Of a stretch of DNA of 64,000 bases, positions 26,230-37,220 are shown piece after piece. Both the position numbers and the translations under genes were made by a program. The stretch lies in contig MU053559.1 in assembly GCA_013239625.1 (NCBI GenBank), positions 2,958,324-3,022,323 of the forward strand, given 5' to 3'. Every line of letters begins with the position of its first letter. Positions within the stretch are counted from its first letter, which is position 1. Source of the DNA: Lama guanicoe. Lineage: Eukaryota. Below the pieces are notes generated by a model, which worked only from the letters and a program-made list of their open reading frames with translations, was not told where the DNA came from and made no database searches.

Positions 26230-26425
26230 TACTGTCCCTTATTGACTCTATAACATTGGCAAATAGTTACCTTAACTCTTCAGTCTCCTCATCTGTAAAA
26301 TGAGGGATGTAACAAGAGTACCCTCTTCATGGGGTTGTTGTGAGGATTAATGCCTTAGATTTCTGAAACCCTTAGACTAATGCCTGGCACAAAGAAATAC
26401 TTCATAATGGTGAACTATTTGTTGT
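26230..26425 (+). mobile_element. MIR
   Basis: ctcctcatctgtaaaatgaggg...gttgtgaggattaa. Confidence 0.75.
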
Positions 26426-26507
26426 CATCATGAAGCCCCTCAATTTCCACCAGCTGCTGTTGGCAGATCATCTCGCCCAGGTAGAACCACAGACTCCCAG
26501 GCCTTAC

Positions 26508-27427
26508 CTGAGTCAGCATGTGAATAATACTGTTAGGTAGTTCGATATGTGGGGTCACTGGGCAGATAAGGTGGAGGAGAGGGAGGATGGTCTAGAAGAT
26601 GGTGGTATGCCTACCTTCATCATAAAGGGGCCTTACTTCCTCTAAATGAGCCCTCGCAAGAAACCGGTTAGAACCCAACGGCTGCGACTATGTGGTAGCA
26701 ACAAGGACCTAACCAGACATGGCCCAATGCTCATTATAATATAATTAGCATTGCGGTTTAGGCCCCACCCCCCAATGGGTTTTTCTGTGTGTGTGGTAAG
26801 GACATGGCGCAGAAGGGGACAGGCATGACTGAGCACTCCAGGGGCAAGAGCCATCAATCAGTCAAGAGACCACCTCTAAGAGAAGTGACAAAAACCATTG
26901 CTATCTGCTCTTGCATCAGCCTGCCTTCCCCTCTTGGAGGTGTACTTTTGCTTTGCTAATGAAGTCTTTTAAGTATTTTGCTACACAATGCTTTCATCTC
27001 CCATCTGAGTTCTTCTCTTTTGGGCAAGACAAGAGCCGGAGCTTTTTCCCTTTCTGGGGTAACAATACTGCTTGAAGACAGCTACCCTAATCCCATCTGG
27101 CCATTCCTTAGAGCACTCTCTTAGCAAGACTAGAGGAGGCTACCTGAACTGTGTTTAATTTAGCCCCTTGTAGAGTTGCTTTTTTTGGACTGTGCTTTAG
27201 CACTACATCTTTGGTCTACACTTCAGGACATTATAAAGAACAGCCCCATGAGCTATATATAGACTTCCCTATAAAGCCATCATTGAAGAGATTAATTTCA
27301 TTTCAGCATCCTCTGTATAGGCAAAACTTTCTCTCATGTTTCATCGCTTTTCCTGTAGTTTTTTCATGTATGGCCCTATCACATATATAATGGATCAGGT
27401 ATCACTCTTGGCTAAATCTGTGGCCCT
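26508..27427 (-). pseudogene. Exon remnant split by a solo LTR (26531-27064)
   Basis: After removing the LTR and one TSD copy the sequence reads through to donor CAG|gtaagg. The upstream part gives NEINLFNDGFIGKSIYSSWGCSL*CPEV*TKDVVLKHSPKKATLQGAKLNTV, a weak RGS helix 5-7 resemblance. 5' boundary uncertain. Confidence 0.45.
26531..27064 (+). mobile_element. Solo ERV1-type LTR
   Basis: TGTTA...TAACA termini; 4-bp TSD atac (26527-26530; 27065-27068). Confidence 0.8.
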
Positions 27428-27720
27428 CTAGCAAGTGAACTGGTTCTTACATGATATTTGGGGGATTCTAACCTAAGTCCTTGCTTCGTCTATTTTTTTT
27501 CTCTACCATCATTTTCCCTTTCCCCTGGTCACCTTGCTTACTTTTTAAAAATGGGACTCCAACTCAAATCTTTTTTTAGGCTGAAGCAAGGTAAAAATAA
27601 AGACTTCAAAAATGCTGCTTAAGATAATACTAGATCAACACCTTTTAAAAATAGGTGGGTAACATATAAATATACATTCTGCAATTTTAGAAATCATGTA
27701 ACTTATTTGTGAATTTCTTT

Positions 27721-27808
27721 TTCCGTTTTTTAATGGAGGTCCTGGGAATTGAACCCAGGACCTTGTGTGTGCTAAGAAGGCATTCTACCACTGAGCTGTT
27801 ACCCTCCC
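27721..27808 (-). mobile_element. Vic-1-like SINE
   Basis: gaacccaggacc...ctaccactgagct; imperfect TSD tgtga(a/g)tttcttt. Confidence 0.9.
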
Positions 27809-28264
27809 ATCTGTGAGTTTCTTTTTGGCTTTGAGTTTTGGAAGTTAGGAAATAAAATCTTAAAGATTTGAGCAAGAAAGGGGAAAAAGATACCCACTGG
27901 TTCTTGTTTTCAGGCTCAAAAGATGTGTTGTCATAGCATCCACTAGAGCCACCACTGCCACCACTACCATTGAGCACCTACTGTATGCTAGGGATTCTAC
28001 TGGGTGCATTAAATTCATTATCTTATTCATGAACCAACGGGTATCATATTGAAAATATTCAACAAATAAAATATATACTAGACACAAAAGTGCTGGACAT
28101 ACAGTAGAATTAAACCAGACAAGATCTCTGTTTTCATAGCACTTTAGTGGAATTAGTTATCTTTCATAGTGAATTCACAACTGCCTGTGTTTGAGCAAGT
28201 TGTGGTTGTGCTCCGAGCTCTTGGAGAGCCTCATGATGATGATGAAGATGGTGATGATGATGTC

Positions 28265-28740
28265 AGCTTACATTTATTAAGCAAACTCTATATTCTGGAC
28301 ATTGTTCTAAGTGCTTTACATGTATTAGCTCACTGAATCCCCAGACAGTCCTATCAGCTATATGCTACATCAACTCCATTTTATAGACTAGGAAACTAAA
28401 GCATGCAAGGGTTACATCAGGGTTTCTGATCCACACTATTGACATTTGGGGACAGATAACTCTTTGTGGCAGGGAGCTATCCTGTGCACTGTAGGATGTT
28501 AGCAGCATCCCTGACTTCTACTCATGACCAAATGCCAGTAGCAAACCTCTGGCCCCAGCTGTGACAACCAAAACATCTTCAGAAATTGCCAAGTGTCCCC
28601 TGAGGGGCAAAACTACCCCCCAGGTTGAGAATCACTCACTAGGTTAGATGATTTACCCGAACTCACACAACTAGTAAGCATCAGAGCTGAGATTCAACCC
28701 GGGCATTCTGGCTCCTGAACTTGAAATATTAACAACACTA
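28265..28740 (-). mobile_element. MIR split by MER20
   Basis: MIR halves at 28265-28417 and 28642-28740. Confidence 0.75.
28418..28641 (+). mobile_element. MER20 (hAT)
   Basis: cactattgacatttggg...gtgacaaccaaaa...gttgagaatcact; 8-bp TSD ggtta(c/g)at. Confidence 0.85.
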
Positions 28741-28885
28741 AACTCTAGGCATAATCATCTCGCTCATTATTATCATTTTCAGCAGTAGAAATGTGAAAAA
28801 TTGTGTCCTAACACTCTGAAAAAGAAGAAAAGGGACATAGCCTTGATGTTGACATTTAGTCATTACTAGCATTTTAATTCTTCTG

Positions 28886-29535
28886 TGTGTATCAATCAGG
28901 TTTCTGGCAGGAAACAAAAGGCATCCTTTAATGGAGAGAATTTGAGGAGGGTTTAATAAGCCAATTGTCGACAAAGGTGTGGGGCAGGGAGTAGGGAGAC
29001 CACAAGCGAGGGTGTAGTACTCTGAGGCTATTAACAGTGGCGAGTGTTTACCCCTCGTAGGCCCAATGGGATGAGGAATAGAGAGTTGTAGAGAGACACC
29101 CTGAAGGGAACACAGTCTGGTATCAAGGGACCCAGTTAACCCAAGGCGACCCGGTAAGAAGAGTGCCAGGATATCATAACTTCACTCTCCCCCTGCCTTT
29201 TGATTTTCTTTTTTTAAAAATGTATTTTATTTATGTATTTTTTAGGGTTTTTTGGGGGGGGATGGTAATTAGGTTGATATATTTTTTTAACTAAAAAAAT
29301 TTCTTTAAGTAGCAGTACTGGGGATTGAACCCAGGACCTCATGTATGCTAGCCACGTACTCTACCACTTGAGCTATACCCTCCCCACTCACCCTTTAATT
29401 TCTCTGATGCTTCTTATTTGCTTCCCACTGGAAGTCAGAGAGCAATGGCACCCAATAATGTGCTCTGTTCTGGTCAGCCTCCTGGGTGAACAGCAGTGGG
29501 AGAGGGTGGAGAGAGCTATCGCCAAATCACAATAA
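28886..29535 (-). mobile_element. Old ERVL/MaLR-type LTR hosting a SINE
   Basis: tgtatcaatcaggtttctggcaggaaacaaaaggca start. Confidence 0.55.
29208..29385 (-). mobile_element. Vic-1-like SINE (long-tail variant)
   Basis: gtactggggattgaacccaggacctc...cacttgagctataccctcccc plus ggtaattagg tail. Confidence 0.9.
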
Positions 29536-29640
29536 CATTTCTCATGGGATTTCCATCTATCAGCTTTGAGAATTGAAATGTTCATCTGTCAGCTTTACTC
29601 ATTTGTGATTGTTCTTGGTGAGAAGTTAGTTTCATCTTAC

Positions 29641-29703
29641 ATCTTTGTGCAGATTTTCTGTGACCTCCAATTTGTATAGTTGGTTAACCAGCTTGTGCAG
29701 AAT
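29641..29703 (-). pseudogene. 63-nt exon remnant
   Basis: Long pyrimidine tract ending in caa (AG lost), open frame ILHKLVNQLYKLEVTENLHKD, strong donor GAT|gtaaga. Confidence 0.55.
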
Positions 29704-29824
29704 TTGAGGGAAGAAAAAGAAAATAATTGTAATATTTGCTTTGGAAAGATGTCATCAGGATGCATCTGCTGCAGAAATGTTGGACTAGTCCCTGCCTTTT
29801 TTCTTTAATTTTTTAAACTGTTAC

Positions 29825-30066
29825 CAAGACATAAGGTTCGTTATTATGTGTTTATGTTGGCAGAGTTTCAAATATGAAAATCCATTTCTAAGCAGTTCTT
29901 TGAAATATTTGCTTCAAACTTTTTATCATGCCCTCAGTTGATTAAATTTTCATTTTAAAGGGTCTATGCGTGGTATGCCTGAATTTGCAGTCCTTCTACA
30001 GGACTTTTAAAGATCATGTTTACACAACAACAAAAATGCCTGTCAATTCAGGGAAATCAAATCAAT
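29825..30066 (-). pseudogene. Exon remnant: clearest RGS domain core
   Basis: Acceptor ttttctcccccatag|, donor TTG|gtaaca. One frame reads IFKSPVEGLQIQAYHA*TL*NENLIN*GHDKKFE, gap-free against [34 protein letters not shown], with TGA (29936-29934) at the conserved Trp. Confidence 0.75.
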
Positions 30067-30344
30067 CTATGGGGGAGAAAATCACCACTATATAGCTGAT
30101 TGTGTGGCATCCTGTGTGTAAAACAACTCTGGGGTTGATCGTAATTTTTGTTTTTCTCACAGTGGATTTTGGCACTCCTAGGCACAGCCTGGCCAAGTCT
30201 CTTTCCCGCCTGCCCACCCTTGCGTGCTTCTGTCCTCTTCATCTCCATCCCTTCTATTATGTTCCTTATACGTTGTGAGTTTAGACCCTTACTCTGAACA
30301 GTGTGTTCTACAAACATAGAATCTTGGTGTTGAAAGTGCCTTTA

Positions 30345-30866
30345 AGCAACCTAAATGTTCATTGAACAGATGAATGGATAAAGAAGTTGTGGTATATTTG
30401 TATGTGGAATACTACTCAGCCATAAAAAAGAATGACATAATGTCATTTGTAGCAGCATGGATGGACCTAGAGATTATCATACTAAGTGAAGTAAGTCAGA
30501 CAGAGAAAGACAAATATCATATAATATCACTTATATGTTGAATCTTAAAAAATGATACAAATGAACTTATTTACAAAGCAGAAATAGACTCACAGACATG
30601 GAAAACAAACTTATGGTTACCAAAGGGGAAAGTGGTGGAGGGAAGAATAAATTAGGCGTTTTAGATTAACATATACACACTACTGTATATAAAGTACATA
30701 AGCAACAAAGACCCACTGTATAGCACAGGGAACTGCATTCAGTAGCTTGTAATAAACTATAATAGAAAAGAATCTGAAAAAGAATATATATATAACTGAA
30801 TCACTTTGTTGTATACCTGATAGTAGCACAACATTGTAAATCAACTATAATTAAAAAAAAAAAAAG
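30345..30866 (+). mobile_element. L1 3' end with poly-A
   Basis: Imperfect TSD gaaa(g/a)tgccttta; canonical 3' UTR. Confidence 0.9.
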
Positions 30867-31242
30867 AAAATGCCTTTAGTAGCCACCCAGTTCATTCTCC
30901 CTGCCAATGAACACCTTCGCATGTAATGTGTCTGACAGATGGCCACCCAGCCTGTGTTTGAGCATCATCCAGGACAGAGAACCCTCTGGTTTGCAAGGCA
31001 GTTTGTTGCAGTGTGGGTGAACTCATCCTGCTAAACAGGTCATCTTTCCATTGAGCTGAAACTTGCTTTCCTCTAATTTTCAGACATTAGGGAGAGGCAG
31101 TAGAAGGCAGTGGTTAAGATCGCAGGTTCTGGGCCAGACTGCCTTTGTTCACGCTCCAGCTCCCCCATCTGTGTGTCCTTGCATGAGTTACATAACCTCC
31201 TAAGCCAATTTGTTTCTCTGTAAAATAGGGCTAACAGGACAG

Positions 31243-31880
31243 TGGTAGCTTAGCATTGTATCAACTTTGCTACATTAGAATGAAGAGTCCCCGAATTCCC
31301 TTCTTTGGTTGGTTCTGGGTTAAGGTTGCCTACAAGAGAAACTGGAGGGCAGAGCAAGGCAAGAAGAGCGTATGGCTGGTGCTACTGCAGTTCCTGGACA
31401 TTGTCACAGACCTTCTGGTTTGTATCATTCGTGTGGGGCAGCAACTGGGCCTGCAGCTCTTCTGGGTTCCTGCCAGATCTTCTCCCTCAGCATCTCAGAA
31501 TCCTGGGCCAACTCTGTGTGCAGTTCCATGGTGAAGTGTGCCAGCTCTTTGGCAGATCCCCCGCATCTTCAAAGTTGGAGTCTTAGAGATGATGAGAGAC
31601 CAACAAAGGTTTCAACCTGAGACTAATATGGCCAATATGGATTCTGATGAGAGACAGGTGTGGGTTTCAGCTCCTTGCTCTCTGCCACTTTATATCCATC
31701 TTCCCTTCCCAACTGGGTTAGATGGCCAGGCTGACTTTAGTTAGGTCCAACACCAGATACAGAAGCAAGAGCTACACATAGGCTACACAGCTCTCATGAT
31801 TTCTGAAGATCTAATCCCTGGAATACATCTCTTACATTACTCACAGTGACCCTGCTTTTCTGAGCAAAACCCTCATGATA
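31243..31880 (+). mobile_element. LTR41-like ERVL LTR inside a MIR (MIR halves ~31095-31240 and ~31885-31980)
   Basis: ttcccttctttggttggttctgggttaaggttgcc start; the MIR resumes after it. Confidence 0.6.
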
Positions 31881-32308
31881 CCAGTGTATTGTGAGGAATC
31901 AACAAAATAATGTTTGTGTAGCACTTAGCAGAGTGCCTGGAACAGAGATAAGTCCCCAGTATCTGAAAGCCTGTATTATTCTTCATCTTCATGGAAGTAC
32001 CAGTCCCACTCTCCAGGGCATTCCAGAATGCATTTGGTCCCTCTTCCACTTGGCAATGAATCCACATATTTAAATCCGTATTTTTGAGGACTTTTATATC
32101 TCAGATGATCTGTCAAGTGAAACTTTATGAGTGATGCTGGACTAAATATCCAGATTTAGATACATCATCTCATTTAATCTTCACAAAAACTTTAGGAGTT
32201 TTATAGATGAGGCTGCTATCTAGGTGACAAGGTGACATACCAAGAGGAATGTCAGTCTGTGTTAGTTAATGACCTAGGGGAACTCTTGAACTAGATATAG
32301 TTAGTTGG

Positions 32309-32754
32309 TGTATGGTCAGGCCAACCAAGATGGCTGTTCTCTTGCCCTCTGTACATCCCCTGCTGGACCAATGCCTGCTTCACCTACACCTAAGTCACAT
32401 GACTGACCTTCCTGCATACTTGCCCCAGGCCACAGCTAGTGATTGTTCTTATCAAAGAGGCAGTTAGGGGCCTGCCCCGTCTCCTGGTTTCCATGGTGAC
32501 TAATGAGCCCAGCTGACATCAGTTTCCCCTGTAACTGGTAACCTCCCCCTCTCCCTGGGAGTGAAGACTGCCGCCATGTTCTGCCTGTGGCCTGCCAGAC
32601 ACCATGAGGTGTCCCTCCAGGACCTTCCTTCTGACATGTAAGCTCCCCCCATCCATTAAACCATTGATGTTTCTGTCATTAACTCTGGGATCTTTCTTCA
32701 GTCTTGAAGCTGGGCAAATATAGGCCTTGTAGGTCTGAGAGGTACAGCCCAACA
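32309..32754 (+). mobile_element. Solo LTR (family A, complete)
   Basis: TG...CA termini, perfect 5-bp TSD gttgg, attaaa polyA-like signal. Confidence 0.85.
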
Positions 32755-33042
32755 GTTGGGCTTTACATTAATATTTGATTTTTAAACTTACATTATTAGT
32801 TTTTTTTAAAAGTGTTAAGTTCAGTGCGTGAATATGTTAGTTATGCTATTTATAAACTCTTGTAATTGCTGTATAAAATAAGGGCAATTACTTTCATTTG
32901 TTCTCTGATTAATAGTCAACACAATTCAAAAAGATTAAATTCACTTTAAACAATGAATCTCATTTATAAACTTATTTAATTCCCCTTTTAAAACTATATT
33001 CATATATTTAGTATATTTGAACCTGTCAAGCCCTTCAAATAC

Positions 33043-33205
33043 CTGACAAGGCATAAGTATAATCTTAAAAACAAAATTCTACTGGGTGGTTAAATGACTC
33101 TGGTGAAGATAATAAATTAAGCCTGGAAGTTTGTTGAATCTTGAGTTCTCTTAAACATTTCAATACTGTTAATGCACTTAGTGAAATTCTCTTATACTTT
33201 TATAC
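33043..33205 (-). pseudogene. Exon remnant: RGS helix 4-5 continuation
   Basis: Acceptor tgtagtttcag|, V*KYKRISLSALTVLKCLRELKIQQTSRLNLLSSPESFNHPVEFCF*DYTYALS, donor G|gtattt. Joins the previous exon in phase 0 to give FILE|V(Q)KYK. Confidence 0.65.
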
Positions 33206-33907
33206 CTGAAACTACAAGTCAAAATAAATTGTTCAAGGGAAATCTGACAGATTTCCTAAAATGGAAGAATCTGTTAAACATTACAAAGAGATTGGCTTTA
33301 ATTTACACAAAAGTGTTACTATGATGGTTATTTACATCATCATCATTCTGAATTCTTCCCAGGGTTGAAAAGTCATTCAAATAAGGGTAGCAGATTTACC
33401 ATATCAGGTAGATTGAGCTGAAGTTAGATAATGGTTTTGGCCATCATGTATGTATGTTTGATTATTAGTCAGAGATTCAAGACCAAGGTATAGGATTTAA
33501 GAGCTTCATGCTTCCCAAATGACTCTACCTTAGCCGCCAAGTACAAAGGGAACCAGTTTTTTGTTTGTTTCTTTGTTTTATTATAGTCACTTGATTCATG
33601 GGAGATCCCAATGCCACACTTCTCGCTACAAAGTTTTAGTGACCTGATTTAGATAGCTGGAAATCTTGCAACCCCACTCAGGTGGCAGCAAACTCCTTTT
33701 GCCCCTAATTGGGTTCTGAATTCCTTAACTTCCTATTTAATCCTGTATCTTCTATTTTGATCTGGCCACAACTCATAGTATGAGCTGGTAGAACTGGATT
33801 TGAACCCAGGTCTCGTTGAGCCCAGTGGCTGTGATCCACCATGATATGTTGTTTTATGAATCCTCTTATCTTTTTTTTTTCTTAAGCTAAACATTTCCCT
33901 CTGGTTT

Positions 33908-34071
33908 TTAAAAAATATTTTATTTATCATCATATTATTTAATATTTTATTTTGGCAGGGAGGTGGGGGAGGTAATCAGGTTTATTTATTTTTGGAGGAG
34001 GTACTGAGGACTGAACTCAGGACCTCATGCATGCTAAGCATGCACTCTACTACTTGAGTTATACCCTCCCC
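33908..34071 (-). mobile_element. Vic-1-like SINE (long-tail variant)
   Basis: gacctcatgcatgctaagcatgcactctactacttgagttataccctcccc. Confidence 0.9.
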
Positions 34072-34396
34072 CTCTTCCTGGTTTTCATTTTATCAATTTT
34101 CAAGTGCCCACTACCCTGATTTCTCTGCTTAGAACCTAACTTCAGTTGTCAGTATCCTTCCTAAAATGTGATGAACTGGAATTTTACAGAATAATTCTCC
34201 ACCTGGATCTAGACCAGAGTGAGGGAGGTGAGGTCAAGGATCAGTCATCCAAGAGGTTCTTTAAGACTCCACTTGCCCATGCACTTGGCTGCTTTTCCTC
34301 CACTCTGATGATATATTTAAGATAAAGATAGGACCTTGGTTTCTAATTGTCATAGCCCTTGGTATGTTGGGATAGAAAGGGTTGCAAATCAGTGAT

Positions 34397-34547
34397 TTTT
34401 TTTCTAAATTTTTTTTAGGCTTTTTTTTAGGGGGGAGGTAATTAAAGTTTGTTTATTTAATTTTTTTTAATGGAAGTACCAGGGGATTGAACCCAGGACC
34501 TTGTACATGCTAAGCACATGCTCTACCACTGAGCTATACCCTTCCCC
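34397..34547 (-). mobile_element. Vic-1-like SINE (long-tail variant)
   Basis: TSD aaatcagtgat on both sides. Confidence 0.9.
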
Positions 34548-35122
34548 TGAAAATCAGTGATCTTGATACTTCTTTTAACAGGGCTCTGGTTTTAGCTGGG
34601 TTTTAGGGGCCACATCAAAGTAGTGGCTCAAGTTGATCTTATTTGGAAATGAAGTTCCTAACTCTTTTTATAGCCAAACTGCCTTGGCATCTCCATTCGG
34701 AACTTGTATAATTGAATTATTTGCACTAAATATGGAAATGTACATTGAATTTATTCCTCTTAAATTTCATCCTGATTATTGGGTACATCATTTCAGCTTG
34801 TAAAATTCTATATCCTCACACTGAGGATACGATCCTTCTGAGTTTTATTCTCACTAATCCTATGCTTTTAAAAAGTCTTTTGTATCTTCACTTAAATGGC
34901 TAGAAAAAGTGCTGAGGATAACTAACCAAGGATATGTGTGATCTCAGAAATTTCAATCCTGGTTGGTGTTGATCTGTTAATTAAAACCTTCTTGGTATCA
35001 TTATTTAATCAATGGCACAAAGCAGGCTCAGCTGAGAGTTAATTTAATGGATATACCATAGCATTTCAGGACCACTAAGTGTATTCTGAAACACTTTATG
35101 TATTTGGTTTCCATGTTCTCAT

Positions 35123-35215
35123 CTCTAAAATAAATTAAAGCATATCTACTGAACACTGGTTGGTAAGATAAGTACAAAATGTGACAGCTACATTACTCAT
35201 AAGAATACAGAAAGT
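35123..35215 (-). pseudogene. Exon remnant: RGS helices 2-4
   Basis: 31 codons TFCILMSNVAVTFCTYLTNQCSVDML*FILE, followed by atgaga (likely a mutated gtgaga donor). Matches ILxxxxxxxFxxFLxxExSxxxLxFxLE. Confidence 0.7.
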
Positions 35216-35289
35216 CTACAATATACAGGACAGTTATGGGTTCTAGTTAACCACAGCCCATTGACAGATATTATTATTCATTTGTATGG

Positions 35290-35587
35290 TCCTGAAAGGA
35301 ATGAAATATTGGTTTGTTTTGAGCATATTGTGATTCTTTTTTTCCTCCTCCTGTTCACTGAGTTTGCAAAACAAAAAAGAGGTTCAATTTCAAGTGAAAT
35401 GAATTCTCTAGGTTGGTTTATTTTCTTCATTTTATTAGAGGGGATTTTGCTCCTTAGTAAATTAGTTCAGTTCATTCTAGTTTGGGTTCACAGCTTATGT
35501 CAACATAACTTTTATGTGAAGTAGTTTTAATCTCAAGATTTTCCCAGCACGCTTTAGGGCTTCACAATTCTTTCATTTGATATTTGA
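35290..35587 (-). pseudogene. Exon remnant (inter-domain linker)
   Basis: Acceptor ggattttctag|. Phase-compatible with the previous donor: V KYQMKEL*SPKACWENLEIKTTSHKSYVDISCEPKLE*TELIY. 3' end uncertain; may run into the next segment. Confidence 0.4.
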
Positions 35588-35689
35588 CTAGAAAATCCAG
35601 GTAATGTTTAGTGAAAACATGAAACAAGTTTCAGTTAGAATAAAATTTGATTCTTAATATGAATGGCTAAAATAAATTCTTTTTCTTAC

Positions 35690-36075
35690 CTGTTTTGAAT
35701 TTTCTTGGTATTACATTGTACATTTAATCAGCCAAATTGGCATTAAGTTGTATTTGGGTAGCAGTTTCTCAATGTGTGTGTATGTGGGGGTTGGGGAGTG
35801 CACTAGTGGCATTTGAAGTAGGATAGTTCTTTGTTGTGTTAGACGCCCTCTGGAATTGCAGTATTTTTAGCAGTCATAACCTCTAGTTGCTAAAATGCCA
35901 TCAGCAACCCCAAGTCATTGTGACAACCAAAGCAGTCCCATCTCTAACACCTTTCCAAGTGTCTCCTGGGTGGGCCCACCCAATGAGAACCATTGGGTAG
36001 TACAATGAATAATACACACAATACACTGAGAATCAGAAACCAGGTATGCCTGGTGTCCTTTGCATATGGTTCTCT
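35690..36075 (-). pseudogene. Exon remnant interrupted by a MER20-family element
   Basis: Acceptor attttactag|, RTICKGHQAYLVSDSQCIV (RGS helix-5 YLxxxS-like), then MER20, then YNLMPIWL and a strong donor ACAG|gtaaga followed by a 102-nt intron. Confidence 0.5.
35762..35995 (+). mobile_element. MER20-family hAT element
   Basis: cagtttctcaa...tgtgacaaccaaa...tgagaaccattg; flanking ggtag duplicated. Confidence 0.7.
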
Positions 36076-36233
36076 CTAGTAAAATTATAGGGTTGAATTA
36101 CACCCCAGGAGTCCAAATACTCAAGGCCAGGGACATATATGGCTTATTTGAATTGGGGGAGCAGCCCACTTGAAACTTCTACACACACTTGTCTTATCTC
36201 ATTTAGTAGAATTTTAAATTACTTAGTTGGTAC

Positions 36234-36909
36234 TGTTACAAAACAAAATTCATCCAAGTAAATGAAGATCTAATTGACTGTATTCAATGATTCATGAACT
36301 CTACCTAGCAACTAAAAGGACACTCACGGAGGTTGTACAAAATGGGAAGTTTTTATAGGAAGAAGAGTGGGGCAAGGGAGTGAGTAGCAAAAGGAAAGAA
36401 AGGATTATTTTAGGCCAAGTGTATTGTCAGGCCACTCAGGATGGCTGTTCTCTTGCTCTCTGTACATCCCCTGCTGGACCAGTGCCTTTTTCACCTACAT
36501 CCTACTCGCATGACTGATCTTCCTACATACTTGCCCCAGGCCCCAGCTAATCATTGTTCTTATCAAAAGGGTGGTGAGGGGCCTGCCCCCCTGCTGGTTT
36601 CCTTGGTAACAGATGAGTCCACCTGACGTCAATTCCCCCAATAACCGCTAACCTTCCACTGCCCCCGGGAGCGAAGCCTGCTGTCATGTTTTATCACACA
36701 GATTGCCTTTTCTTCCTCTGGGGAATGGAGAGGGCCCCTGTGGCAGATGACCTCATTGGTACTGACCAGAAAATTCCAGACTGGTTGATTAAGATTACAT
36801 TTCTGAGAAAGGACAAAACTGCAATTAAGTCAGGTGTTAAATCTCATTTTGGTATCATGGTCTTTAGCACAAGTGATGTCATTTTGGGCCCATGGTTTTC
36901 TCTTTCAGA
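36234..36909 (-). mobile_element. ERV1-type solo LTR containing a partial family-A LTR
   Basis: 4-bp TSD gtac (36230-36233; 36910-36913). Confidence 0.65.
36420..36690 (+). mobile_element. Family-A LTR, 5' part only
   Basis: Clearly similar to 32309-32580 (atggctgttctcttgc...ctgtacatcccctgctggacc). Confidence 0.85.
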
Positions 36910-36934
36910 GTACACATGGTTAAAAACCACTCAC

Positions 36935-36979
36935 CATTACTACTCCTGTTGCCAGGTTCCTGTTAAATGGGATTAGCAC
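36935..36979 (-). pseudogene. 45-nt exon remnant
   Basis: Acceptor tttag|, consensus donor ATG|gtgagt. Phase-1 reading ANPI*QEPGNRSSN is compatible with the flanking candidate exons. Confidence 0.4.
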
Positions 36980-37220
36980 CTAAACGTTACTAATGAAATA
37001 GAACACAGATAATTATATCATTATAAATTGATCATCGTTAATATTATTCAAGTCCCATCATAAAATTGGGATATTATGAAAGATGAATAACAAAAAGGAA
37101 AACAGAAGTGATTGAAGCTATCTTGCCAAATCCTTGTTGTTTTCAACAAGATGTCCCTGGTGCCTCCATACAAAAGGATTTCTTTTATTCATTTTTATTA
37201 TAATGGAATGAAACATACAG

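Larger units (their letters stand above)
30315..35010 (-). mobile_element. Fragmented L3/CR1 (pieces ~30315-30344, 30875-31090, 31990-32075, 33850-33905, 34080-34230, 34590-35010)
   Basis: Colinear CR1 motifs: catagaatctt; tgagctgaaac; ccctcttccac; gctaaacat; gtcagtatccttcctaaaatgtg; aaatttcatcctg. Confidence 0.6.

Noticed and set aside
24449..30066. Alternative reading as an LGR/RXFP-type GPCR pseudogene (NISAAD at 29764-29781, WRSQKIC, DRW near 29550, SPRIPKFI...SCALN at 24675)
   Set aside because: It needs many frameshifts, has wrong helix spacing, lacks hydrophobic TM stretches, and uses sequence that looks intronic. The RGS reading respects the splice sites and recurs in many exons.
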